Assembly: GCA_009103225.1 (NCBI GenBank)
Contig: RHPI01000385.1
Location: 187,898 to 251,897, forward strand
DNA: 64,000 bases
Source: Chlorokybus atmophyticus
Lineage: Eukaryota; Plantae; Mesostigma and Chlorokybus algae
Direction: 5' to 3'
Shown: one piece after another, positions 52,786 through 64,000 of the stretch
Layout of the letters: every line of letters begins with the position of its first letter
Position numbering within the stretch: the stretch's first letter is position 1
The notes under the pieces: model-generated
Database searches by the model: none
What the model saw: only the letters and a program-made list of their open reading frames with translations
What the model was told of the DNA's origin: nothing
Position numbers and translations under genes: made by a program

Positions 52786-54154
52786 AGAGCGTGAGAGAGC
52801 GTGAGAGCGAATGAGAGAGACTTAGAGAATCATGTAACATTTGTGAAAAAGATGTGAATATGTTGGGTTAGCAGGGGTAGGACGTGACAGTGTGTGTATC
52901 TGTCTGCAAGCGTTGTGCTGTTGTATAGTGGTAAGACGCTGCGTAGTTGCGCAGGTGTAGCAACTGACTCTGTACATGTGCTGCGTAGTTATTGGACAAG
53001 TAGGTTAAGGCTAGTCAGTGAAGTGGCCAGAACATTGGAGGTAGGGCGAATTTTGTGTTGTGAACAATCTCGTTGCTAATTGTCGTGTACTAACACATGT
53101 CTTTTACGTGACATATTTGAACAATGCTGCAACACTAGCAATGCTTGAGTTGTCGAATGACGGATGTTCAGACCATGCTGCTCTGGATGGACCTGACCTT
53201 ACTTGCGGTTAATTGGTAGTGAAAACCTTGATACATATCTATGTCCATGATTATGTGTAGCCTGCTAAGCTCCTCTCCCGCACATGGTCACTAACAAGTT
53301 CTACTAAAGATTCTGATTGCTGGCAGCTTCTATGAACCCCACACAGTATCTACCAACTCTGTGCTGCCCAGACGCGTAGAAGTTGGTTTCAAATATAACC
53401 AGTCCACCCTTGAGTGTACATGTTGGTGCTTGCTAACGTCTCACTATCCTTGCTACCATACTGAAAGCTGCACAAATGCGCATGCGAATGTTCGTGACAA
53501 ATGCGAATGTTCGTGACAGCACACACATGACAGGGAAAATGTGGACAAAAAACCGAAAGCATTCAGCATTGGGGGTAAAGTAGTGTTACAACCAAGAAAC
53601 CTACCAAACTGTCTGTACATATACCTTTATCCTCTAGCTGAGTAGCTGATGACATTTACGGAAGTGAAGGTACTACTAGATAAATTGAGAACTCTTCAGC
53701 CCTGACCTGACAACAGCTGCAGCATTCAACCTGTGTAACTTGAGACTACGACGCAGCAGTAGTCACTACATGCCCAGCAGCTGCTGCCGCGTCGGCAAGC
53801 GCCTGATTGCTGCTATTCTCTGCCAGTGCAATGTCCACGGAAGCAATGCTGGGAAGCACCGCCTTTGCAGGCGAGCGTGAGTCAACACCTGGGCTCCTCG
53901 GAAATAAGGGCACGGGTGGGACTGATGATTGGGCCTTGGGCAGCAGTGCAACCAACAACTCGGGTAATGAGCTATGCTCTTTGATTGCTGCTCTAGTCCC
54001 CTTATCTAATGTGGAATGCTTGTCTGAGAAGTTGCCAGCATGCGAGGCAGTTTATTGGCGTGGAGGGACTAGCAGGCTTTGGCAGCAAGGTAGCCAGCAT
54101 CTCAGGTAAAGGATTGCCCTGACCAGCTTCAGCCCGTGCTGAGTGTTGCTTGGG

Positions 54155-55000
54155 TTAGCGCGCGTCAGCGCGTGTGTCAGCATGTACAGCGGGAAGAGTG
54201 TCGGTTGGCATTAGCCTTGCCCTCCGGAGCGGCACAAACTCTTCTGTGGCTGGATTGAGACGCTTCGAAGGTGCGTGCTTGAGTGATCTCGGCGTTTGCT
54301 GGTTCCAAGTAACTAGCGGCCGGCGAACAAACGGCAATGGTTCTTCAGATCGGATCAGCACGCTACCGGTGAACTCTGCGAAATCCACTGGCATATGACA
54401 CTGTACAGGCTGCAGGCACTCGTGAGCAGTTGCCGCAATTTGAGGTTTTAGGGGAAACAACCGCATCTGGCCTTTCATCTCTAAAGGGTACAGCAGCTTG
54501 CGGAAGTTATGGCAGGCCCAGACATATTTACAGTCGCTCTCAAGTCTCACGGACACGGGCAGCTGGCCGAGTTCTTGCAGGCGCGGCTGGGTCCATATAT
54601 GCACAAGGTCGACGCAGCCAAGCAAAGCTGAGGTGGGGTAGCTGTCTGGCCACTGCGGGGCTGACAAGCCCTCCAGCAAATACAACTGGGTGTAGAAGCG
54701 CTGCAGCTCCGCGACTTCGTGCTGGCGTGGTTGGCGAGCAGCAGCATGGATCCAAAGGCGCCCGCGGTGAGCTGTCACCCATGACCGGCCTTCAACGCGT
54801 TTAATGCCCATTATAAGCAAGGATGCATACCTGCAAAATATGAAGACAGCAATGAGTCACATGGCTGCTGCTCAAGTGACTGGCGTGGCTGACTGCATGG
54901 TTGAATAAATAAACTAATTGGAATTTGCAAGCAGCAGATCCGAACTTACGGCTGATGCAATGAAATGCACTTCTCTCCGTGTCCAAGGTCCCATTCCATG
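54155..55000 (-). CDS. ASCH-domain protein (ASC-1/TRIP4-like ASCH domain)
   Basis: Spliced KCISLHQP/YASLLIMGIKRVEGRSWVTAHRGRLWIHAA...YPTSALLGCVDL...KGQMRLF. The N-terminal extent is unresolved. Confidence 0.8.
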
Positions 55001-55789
55001 AGTGATGCGTAGCCTTGGTGGGCAGACTGCCATCAGATGCTTATTCAAGCAGGCACTGGAGAAGCCGCGCACCAATCACCAGCTGCTGACAACAAAATGC
55101 ATCGATCAACTGGTACGCATGAAACAGTTACAACAGTACGACAAGTGACGTGCAACAGGCTCAACGAATAGAATGTGCTGTCTTCAGCGGTTATCAGAAG
55201 ACATTGTCAGACTATCACTGCCTTGCACATGACTCAGCGCTCAGAGGAAGGAGAAGTAAGAAGTTGACATCACGGTCAGATTGCTCTGACCACTAGCCAG
55301 CTGCCGTTCAAGGCAAAATCATCAAGGCGCTATGAAACATGTGCATGCCTATATGCCATAGCAAGCAAGACCAGCACTCAGGGACAAGTGTGTTTTCTGC
55401 TCACGACGACTCTCATCGCCACTCGCTAACAGCCTCACACATACATCATCATTGTGCTGGCTGTTGCATGCAACCAGTAGTAACGTGACAGTGGCACATA
55501 AGCCTCGCCATACCTTCAAGCTAGGTAAAAGAGAGTGGGCGGCAGCTAGAGAAAGAACGTGTGCAGTTCCTCTACAGCTGCGGGTTAAGCTCAGCTCTCC
55601 AAATACAATGCGCCTGCAGCAGAAGGAAAGTGCACAGATGTGAGCAGTGGTATCGTGAGTGCAGCACAAGGCCACACCAAGGGTTACACAATAACCCCTC
55701 GCAAGAAGAGTAAACGAGGAGTTATTTAACTGCATGCAATAGTATGTGCAAAGGATGGCCGCCCTGCCAATGCAGATGCCGCCAGTGCG

Positions 55790-56082
55790 GATGGAACTTT
55801 GCAAGTGTGCACACGTGAGCGCCATGAACGACAGCCCTGAAACTACTGGTACTCGCCTGCAAATGCCTCATTGAACTCGTGAAAGCTGTGGTAGCATTGC
55901 TCCATCCGCTGTTCTGCAAGAGGGCATCCAACTGTGAGACTGCATATCTGAGCGCCATGATAGACAGCACTGAAACTACTGGTACTCGCCTGCAAGTGCC
56001 TCACTGAACTCGTGAAAGCTGTGGTAGCCTTGCTCCATCCACTGTTCTGCAAGAGGGCATCCAACTGTGAGACTGCAGACCT
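55790..56082. repeat. Tandem duplication with a 133-bp period
   Basis: catccaactgtgagactgca at 55925 and 56058, with flanking blocks also duplicated. Confidence 0.75.
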
Positions 56083-57113
56083 ATGCATTGAGCAAATGCT
56101 AGCATACTACAACTGCCTTCATGCTGAGTAGGGAGACTACTACCAACGCTTGAACATGCAGACTAAGCGAAGCTGCTGTCACCGCTGCGGCTGTCTACAT
56201 GCCGTTGGCAATGGCTGCAGGCTCGCAGATGTAGGAAAGACTTCTTCCCTGGAGACCACTCGAGAAGGTCAACCAGGGATAGACATCGCTTTCCCTGCTT
56301 TCTCTGCTGTGCCGCGCAAGGATAGGACCTCGCAGCCGGAACAAGCAGAACAAGCAAAAGGGCTGGAAGTGCGGCCTGCCGAAGCCAGCCATTGCCATCG
56401 CCGATCCCATACCAGCTATCCAGCTAAAAACCCTTGCCCAACCCTTGCCTCACCAGGGATGCACACACGACAGCTGTCCTACGCTATACCATCGCAGCGA
56501 AAAGAGAGCAACACGCAACAGCAGCAGCAAGCAGCACCCGTCAGCCCAAACACTAGCTTGGCAGCGCAACAATGCATGGGAAGAGACTCGCCTGTTACTG
56601 CAGAGAGCCGCAGCGCCTGGCAGCCGGTTCGCCCAGCAGAATGCACAGACGGCAGGTGGTGAGTCTCCATGCATACACCCGGCGGCGGCTTGGGGTAGCC
56701 GCCGCCGCCGCCGCCAACACGGCTGCGACTAACGCCCCTGCACAATGCAGCAAGCGGAAAGGCGGCTTGCTTTAGGGCTTGCAGGGCAGACTTGATATCA
56801 GTACAATCGAGCCACTATCCTCGACACGCTGTGATATCCACATTCTCTATACTCAGTGCAGTTGTCCAAAGTTTTCTCTCAAACCACAGTTAGGTTAACC
56901 AGAGGAAGGCGGGGCCGCCTCACGTGACTTGGCTTTCCTGGAGGGGGCGGCCGAGAATAGCTCGGAAAGTGCCACGTGTCCTCACCACGCCACCACCAAT
57001 CTGCACGGATCCGGGGACGGCGACGGCGAAGACAAGAAGGAGGAGAAATACGTTTAGTTGTCAAGGCAGGTGGAAGCATTAGGGTTTCAAAGGGGTACAC
57101 CACTAGTAGCATC

Positions 57114-59481
57114 ATGCAGTACTACACTCGCCAGCAGCTGCAAGGGGCCCAGAAGTATGGCGGGCCGTGCCGGATTGGAAACTGGAATGAAGACAGAGTC
57201 CAGCAAGAGGTGAGTCCGCTTTTTCCTAATTCACACCAGACTCGTTGGTTGAGGTTGTTGATTGCAACTTGCAATTGAGGAGCAAGTCGCAATCACTGTG
57301 CTTTGTGGCGATGAACAATCGGAGGTCGCAATTCAATTCAAAACAGTCTGCTAATGACGTGTGGTGATCACTCCATCAAGATGAAAAACCAACACACAAC
57401 CTTTGAATATTTCCACCTCTACAATCTTTCTGTTCGTCGACATGTGTCGTGCAACCCCCACACAAGCCAACAAAGCCGCAAACAAGCTGACAACAGTTAC
57501 AGGAAACAAGTCAACAAAACAAGTCATGTTACCATACGTCACGTTGACACCATGCTCAGCTGCATTGCAAAGCTCAAACCACTTGAACTCAACGCCTTCC
57601 CTGCCAGGCTTCCCTGAAGGCATTCCTGGAGCGCGCCTCCTCCGGTCAGCTTTCCCTCCAGGCCCGCGCGTCCCGAGAGGCGCGCGCCCTGGCACCCGTC
57701 GCCCGCTGCGCCGCCTCAGATGACGGAGTCGTGCGCCTCGGGGACGTCGTCTCACTACGCAGCTGCTTCAACAACAACGCCAACATCGGGCCCGTCCTTG
57801 CTGTCGACGCTGAGGTGAGAGAAGGGGTTGAAAGTCGTTGTTGTTGGTGTTGTTGTGCTTAACATCTTTGTCAGGGTCGCGATGCGGGTCAGGAGGGTTG
57901 TGCTGCGGTGACAGCGACGACATTGCACATGCAGCCATGTGCAAGGAACACATTCATCCTTGTGCGGTAAGCAGCGCCACTTCTTGTTCTCAACATCAGG
58001 TGTGGTGACACGATGAAATGGTTTTGGGCAACATCAATCGTCATTGGCAGGTATGTGCCACCTCGCTCTGCTTCACTGGAGAAAGTGTGGGAAGGAGACT
58101 GCATACGCTATGGGCAAAAGGTGAGTGGCACACAACCAACACGTCGCCTGTAAACTCCATGTGAAGTTAGGCAATGCAGAATGTACTCTGCTAGACAGCA
58201 CACCACTTACCATGACAATTTGGTTGTCACACGCACGCACGCATGCACCCCCACCTACCCACCCACACTCACGCAGGTCCGTCTTGCTGCCAACCCTCTT
58301 GCCGACCCTTCCCGCTCCTCCCTCACCGACCTCCGCCACCCTCTCTTCCTCCGTTCCCAGCCCGTCTCCACCTCCCGTTTCGCCAAGCACTCCCACCGCC
58401 AGGAGGTATGGACATCGTACGCACGGGACTACGCGGCGGCTTGGGAGGTGGCGCACCCGCGACCCGAGGCGCGCGCGGTGATGGAGGGGAGAGTGGTCAA
58501 GTACGGGGAACCGGTGATACTGAGACACGCGGCGACCAGAGAAGACTTGTGCTGTGACGGGATGAAGTGTTATAATGACTTTGGGACGGAGCTGGAGGTA
58601 AGAGGAGTGGGTTGGTTAGTTGGTTGGTTGGTTGGTTGGTTGGTTGGGTGGGTGGGTGGCGGTGTGTGGGGGAGTGTGGAGGCTGTGTAGTGATGGGGTC
58701 TTGTGCAGATCTGTGCGCATACGGTTACGCGCAAAGGCATGGTGCATGCGCTGGAGAGTGCGAGTGAAGGCAAGCCCAAGGCCATGCTGGACAAGGTATG
58801 TGCACAAAAGCGCTTGCATACCGTCGGCCTGCTGCGCGCAGTCTATGTTAGTAGCGCAGAAACAATCAAGGATGCGAATGCGTTGGACAACAGTATCTGT
58901 ACATGTAGAACTGCCAGCATTGACACACTACACCACAGTTGTCGAACCTGTTTGTTATTGTATGTCACTATCCTCAATAGTGTTAAGCATACAGCTTAGT
59001 AGCAAGCAGTGACTCACACCGATATAACCTCACGCAGGCGGAGCAGTGCGAGAACTTCTGGTGTTTTGAGGGCGCGGATGTGATTGGAGTCCACGAGTAC
59101 GAGTACCTTGAGCCCGAGGAACGGGCGGCACTGTTGCCGATGTTGTGCGCACAAGTGACTTCAACAGCAACACTCGAGCGTCTTGAGAGGTGATAAATAG
59201 CAAGAAAACCTATTCGTATGGTACATGACTTGATAATGGAAAATGAATAAAGACTGAAACCTTGTTGCAGGGCATTTGAGATGGAAGACAAGAAGTGTCA
59301 CGACGCCGTTGGGCTCACGGGTTTGAGGAAGGCGCTTGAGCTGGGTGGCGTGAAGATGAGTGAAAAGGACACAGAGAGGTTGCTGCGGTGTTATGACACC
59401 GATGAGAGCCAACACGTCGACTACCGCGCATTGTTGAATGACCTCTGGCAATTGGTTTCTGCCGCTACAGCTGTCCACTGA
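57114..59481 (+). CDS. CFAP161: CFAP161-like axonemal protein with a C-terminal EF-hand-like segment, about 8 exons
   Basis: RIGNWNED, DDGVVRLGDVVSL, PCARNTFIL, YGQK/VRL, YGEPVILRHAAT..L, NDFGTELE and ENFW, then LLRCYDTDESQHVDYRALL. Confidence 0.72.
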
Positions 59482-59861
59482 CCCAAACCCAGACAGCAAC
59501 TATAAGATCTGGTTGCTGGGAAAAGGTACTGTTAGGTGTTAGTGATGACACAACTAGTGCAGTTGCATAGCCTTGTACTTGTTTGCACTTGTAACAGTGG
59601 TAGCTGTTAGGTTGATTCATGCCATAAAACATTAAACTTCATAAAGGCTACAACAATCTACGTGCACTCTGTTGACAGTGCGCAAACCTGCGTTAGGGCA
59701 AGCTGTACAACAATACCTTATTGTTACATAACAGGCTATGTACACTACCGAATCTGCAGCTCACCAGGCCAAACATACCCAACGTCAATCAGCCGCATGC
59801 TACGTGGTTACAACCTCGTGAACCTCAATGCCGTTGTCCCACGAGGAGCTTGAAAGCATCT

Positions 59862-61020
59862 TCATCGGGCCCTCAGAGTGCAGCCGGTGACCATGAGGCA
59901 ACGCCACAACTTGCACCCTGTCCGTAAGACACGGCACAGAGCGCCGAAGCAACTGGAGAACAGCCTGCAGTTGTTGAGTGTGTTATTGTTGAAGCAGTGA
60001 CCTGCATGTGTCTGATAGTGGGTGCAGGTCTGTTGACTACACACAAGCGCGCGCACGCACGCACGCACCTGCACGCGGATGGGGCTGTCTGCGTCCATGA
60101 CGATCTTGGTGAGGTTGGGACAGGCGCGAGCGAAGCGGACGATGCGGTGGGCGGAGAGCTGGCATACCTTCACCACGCAGAGGGTCTGCACGCCCTCGCG
60201 CACGCACGGCTTGCCTGTCAGCAGACAGTCTGCCTCCTGGCACTCCAGCTGCAACGGATCCTCCTTGCACAAGTCAACCTGAGCAGAATTGAAGCATACG
60301 CGCTGCTTTGTAGCATTGTCATGGTGTGTACGGGCAAGCTAAGCAGTTACTGTCTGCAATAATTCCACCTACCATGGCATTCATGGTTCATACGTGCACA
60401 CATGTGCGTGCGCACATGGTTACAGAGCTGATGTCAACTGAGCAAGCAACATGCCAGCTAATGAGGTTGCCAGCCATATTGTAGCTGCATGCTCTTGCAG
60501 TGATGGCTGTGAGCTAATTAACAGTAAACGGAGAAGAAGGATATCAAGCATGCAAATACCAAATGCACCGAGCTGCAGCATGCGGGCAAAAAGCTAAGCT
60601 CTTGCCGCAATGCCCATGATGCACATGCGCAGCACATTGCCCTCCGCATTTGTGTGCACACAGGAATGCAGTTGCGCGGCAATGCACACATAGGACATTG
60701 TGTGAACAGATCGTAGTGTAAGTCAGGAAGAGCAAGCCCAAACACCCACCAAACACACGGAACAAGTGACGCCAGCCATGCGCTATGCAGCATGCACTAT
60801 GCTAGCGACAGTCAAGCCAGTCATATGGTTGTAATATCTCTGGGCTCAATTGTTTGCTTGCTTGCTTGCTTACATGCTGCCACCAGGAGCATTGGTTGAG
60901 GGCTGCCCGCCACTGCCGGCAGACGGCCTCGCAGCGGAGGCGGTCCGCCGCCGTCAGCTGCGCCAGCAGCAGCAAGCAGGCGTCCCTCGGCAGCAAGCCC
61001 CCGTCCCAAAGCGCCTCCAT
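59862..61020 (-). CDS. F-box protein with an LRR-like C-terminal part
   Basis: LPRDACLLLLAQLTAADRLRCEAVCRQWRAAL (F-box) and a later exon RIVRFARACPNLTKIVMD. The 3' end is uncertain. Confidence 0.65.
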
Positions 61021-61194
61021 CCGACACGTACCTCACTGACGACCTCACTGACGCCCTCACCCACCTCGCCGCCCACACTGTTGTGGAGCAGAACGAACGT
61101 GTCTAAGAACTAACGTGGTGGCGGCGGCGGCGGAGGTGTGGGGGTGGTCGGCTAGCGAGCTGGCGTGGCTGGCGTGGGGAGTGATAGTGCCGTG

Positions 61195-63990
61195 ATGTGG
61201 TTTCTGTGCTACTTCTGCCACCGGCATCTGGCGTTCCGGAAGGCTGAGGTGCAGGCGCTGTGGGAGGTGTGCTCTGGGAGCAATGAGCAGCTGGAGTGGA
61301 GGGAGCCTTTTGGAGGCCACGAAGACTCACCTTTCTGGTAACTCAATTGCAATTACGCTTTGACAGAAGCCTCGCACCATTTGCATTGCGAGTAGCTTAG
61401 CTCTCAGCTCTCTCCACGGTGCTTGCACTGCTTGTGCTCGCTTGCATGTATTGTAATGGTAGTGAGCTTGTGAACCAGTGAAAGCCAAAGAGTGAACCTG
61501 CTTGACTAGCTGAAACTAAGCTGCCGCGAGTTGTAGGTTCGTCTTACTGGCTGCGACGTTGTGGCTGGTAAGCAGAAGTGGCTTACCAGTTAATGTATAG
61601 TGCAACCAATAAGCTTGGGTTGATTCATTGTCAACGTTATACACATCGAAAGACTGAACCTCACAAACCTTCGCCACCGCTTTCATGCAGTCTCAGTGTG
61701 CTTACATTGATTGTTGTCTCGGCAGCGAACTGCTCATTGCTAGCAGCGTGCCAAGCTGGGTTTGTGTTCATGGACTGTGCCATATTCTGTCACAGAGTTC
61801 AGATGGAAGTGCACCAATAGGGTTCATGTCCATCCTCTTATCCGAGTAGTTAGGACAGAAACACTGTCAAAGAAACGGCTTACTCCCGCGTGCTCACTTG
61901 GAATGGCTGTTGACAAGTTTGCGTCTCAGGTCTGTCAATCTTCCAAACGAGGACATTGCGCGGCGCATAGCCGAGCGTGCGATACTCGCAAGGGGCTTCT
62001 TTGAGGTGTGGGGTGAGGGCAAGACACAGGACGAAGTGCGCGAACGGATAGAAGCTTTCCCATCAGAACGCAAGGTGAGAGCGTGTGCTATCTTGCACAC
62101 GCTCAAACAAGCACAGTTTCATTATGAACACAACATCGTCGCGCTTACCACAATATTTGATGGCACTCATACAGGATCCGTATGTGCAACCAGGAAGCAC
62201 ATTTAAGCTCATTGTTGATGGCTTTGGCCGCTCGTTCACATCGGAAGAAGCGCTTAACAGGATGGCAGAGTTCAGCAGCCTTCCTTTGCGTGGAACAGTC
62301 AAGGTGAGGCAGTCGCAAACATTTGCCCGCAAGGGTGCAATCACATATACACACATACATGCAACAGCCAACCATGTTGATACAGCAGCTTGCAACTTAG
62401 TTGGACTGGTAACGCAGCTGTCCAACCCTGAAAACAAGTTCTGGATAATTGAAAGCGTCGGCACAGAGGTATGCAGTCTGTCTCTTTGATTGTTTGCTGG
62501 TTGTAGTGCATTTTCGTGTGCATGTGTGTGTGTGTGTGTGTGCGCTTGCATGCGTATGCGCGCTTACATGCCTGCGAGTGTGCGGCGCAAACCAGTGCTT
62601 GCTTGCCTGCCTGTTTTTGCGCTTGTTCTCATTCTGCAAATATCTCCTTGTTGGCCACTTGATGCGTTTTCATATGTGGTTGAGTGACTGCGCTCCGGTT
62701 CAGGTTGTGAACAATGGCTTGCCCCAGTTCAGCGAAAAGCGCATGTACTTTGCACGTGAGGTCGCTTTCGGGGACCGTGCAGTGTGCACCAGATATGCGC
62801 TCAAGTACCGGCGGTTCCTTGGTCCGACCAGTATGGACTGTGAGGCAAGGTTGATTTTCCCTGCTGCATAGTTTTCTTGCAATGACACCTTGTCACCGCA
62901 GTCAAGTCAGGATACTTATATGCACATCGATTAATACTGTCAGTAGCTGCTGAGCCAAATACTCAGAGCAGGTTCCTGCCATCAATGCTGATGTAAAAGG
63001 CGCAAGAGCATGGGGGGCCTGACTCGTGTTATGGATGATGCAGCTGGCGCTCATCATGGCAAACCTTGGGCACGCTAGACCAGGAACGCTGGTGTATGAC
63101 CCTTTTGTTGGTGAGTTGTAACTCTTGCACCCAGTGTTTAGTGGCATCCCTATATACTCTCATGTCAGGTGCAGCCCTTGTGCACGCACGTCCTTGCATT
63201 GATATTGTTCATGATTGCAGGCACTGGTAGCATCCTCATCGCTGCTGCGCACTATGGCTCGCATACGATTGGCGCGGACATCGACATCCGCATCCTGAGA
63301 GACGGACGAGGAGACAACAACATATGGACCAACTTCAGGTGCAATAGTTATGGAAGCAATAGGTGCCATGTTTATCGCGTGCGCGCGGTGCATGCGTATC
63401 ACAGGAGTATGGCAACTGACTGATAAGCAATCTCTTGTTGCAGGGATTACGGTCTGAACGCGCCTTTGGGTATCATACGCTGCGACAACAGCATGCCAGC
63501 TTTTCGGCACAACATGCGCGGCGTGTTTGACGCGATCATATGCGATCCACCTTATGGCGTGAGGGCCGGAGGTCAGTATGGTACAAGAGTAGCGCACGCA
63601 CTCTACCCATCTCCGTCATATCAACTATCGTTCCGCCCAGGTAGGAAGTCTGGTGGACGCAAAATCCTCAAAGGTCAGAAAGAGGCGTACACCGTGCCGG
63701 AGGAGATGAAGTTCAATCACATACCCTCCACCGCACCTTACACGCTGGCAGAGTGCTTGCATGACCTGCTGGACCTCGCTGCGCGCTCCCTCGTTATGCA
63801 GGTCAGAGTTGTTGCAGGCAGTCTGAGCAAACCAATACATGTTGACTGTGCGTGTACGCGCTGGTCTGTACTGTGCACATGTGCACGGATGTATGTGTTG
63901 GTGGGTGTGTCGCCGTGTGTTGCCACGTGTGTGCGTGTGTGTGCGTACGTATGCTTATGCTTATGCTTGTGCGTGTGTATCACAGGGTAG
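61195..63990 (+). CDS. TRM11: tRNA (guanine(10)-N2)-methyltransferase; runs off the window end
   Basis: MWFLCYFCHRHLAFRKAEV..DSPFW/SVNLPNEDIARRIAERAIL, FLGPTSMD, LIMANLGHARPGTLVYDPFVGTGSIL, GADIDIR and DAIICDPPYGVRAG. Confidence 0.93.
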
Positions 63991-64000
63991 ATTGGTGTAC

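Overview
Eukaryotic nuclear DNA from a green alga or close relative. Support: short GT-AG introns, standard genetic code, a plastid PEP/phosphate translocator, plant-type TRM11, an axonemal CFAP161-like gene and a telo-box upstream of RPL31. The draft assembly has N gaps and inflated homopolymer/dinucleotide runs. Two host-gene blocks (about 20.8-30 kb: coiled-coil protein, mitochondrial uL11, eL31, PPT; about 49-64 kb: heparinase II/III-like protein, ASCH protein, CFAP161-like, F-box, TRM11) alternate with two transposon-rich islands. The left island (1-17 kb) holds a piggyBac-like Cys-rich remnant, an intronless phage/actinobacterial-type C5 cytosine methyltransferase, a spliced DUF6729-like DDE transposase interrupted by a TRIM, two solo LTRs and a decayed CryptonF-type tyrosine recombinase. 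The central island (31-46 kb) holds a second TRIM, a solo repeat and an 11.3-kb Ty3/gypsy element. That element encodes gag-PR-[C5 DNA methyltransferase]-RT-RH-DDE integrase-PHD finger. Its terminal repeats are arranged B-internal-A-B-A (split direct repeats) between 4-bp TSDs, and its PBS position is complementary to its own predicted 5' end. The integration ends lie inside the PPT-to-PBS-defined LTR, and an independent solo B+A insertion nearby uses the same ends. This suggests a self-priming, methyltransferase-carrying gypsy lineage that may integrate from a circular intermediate. All family assignments come from motif recognition by eye; no searches were run.
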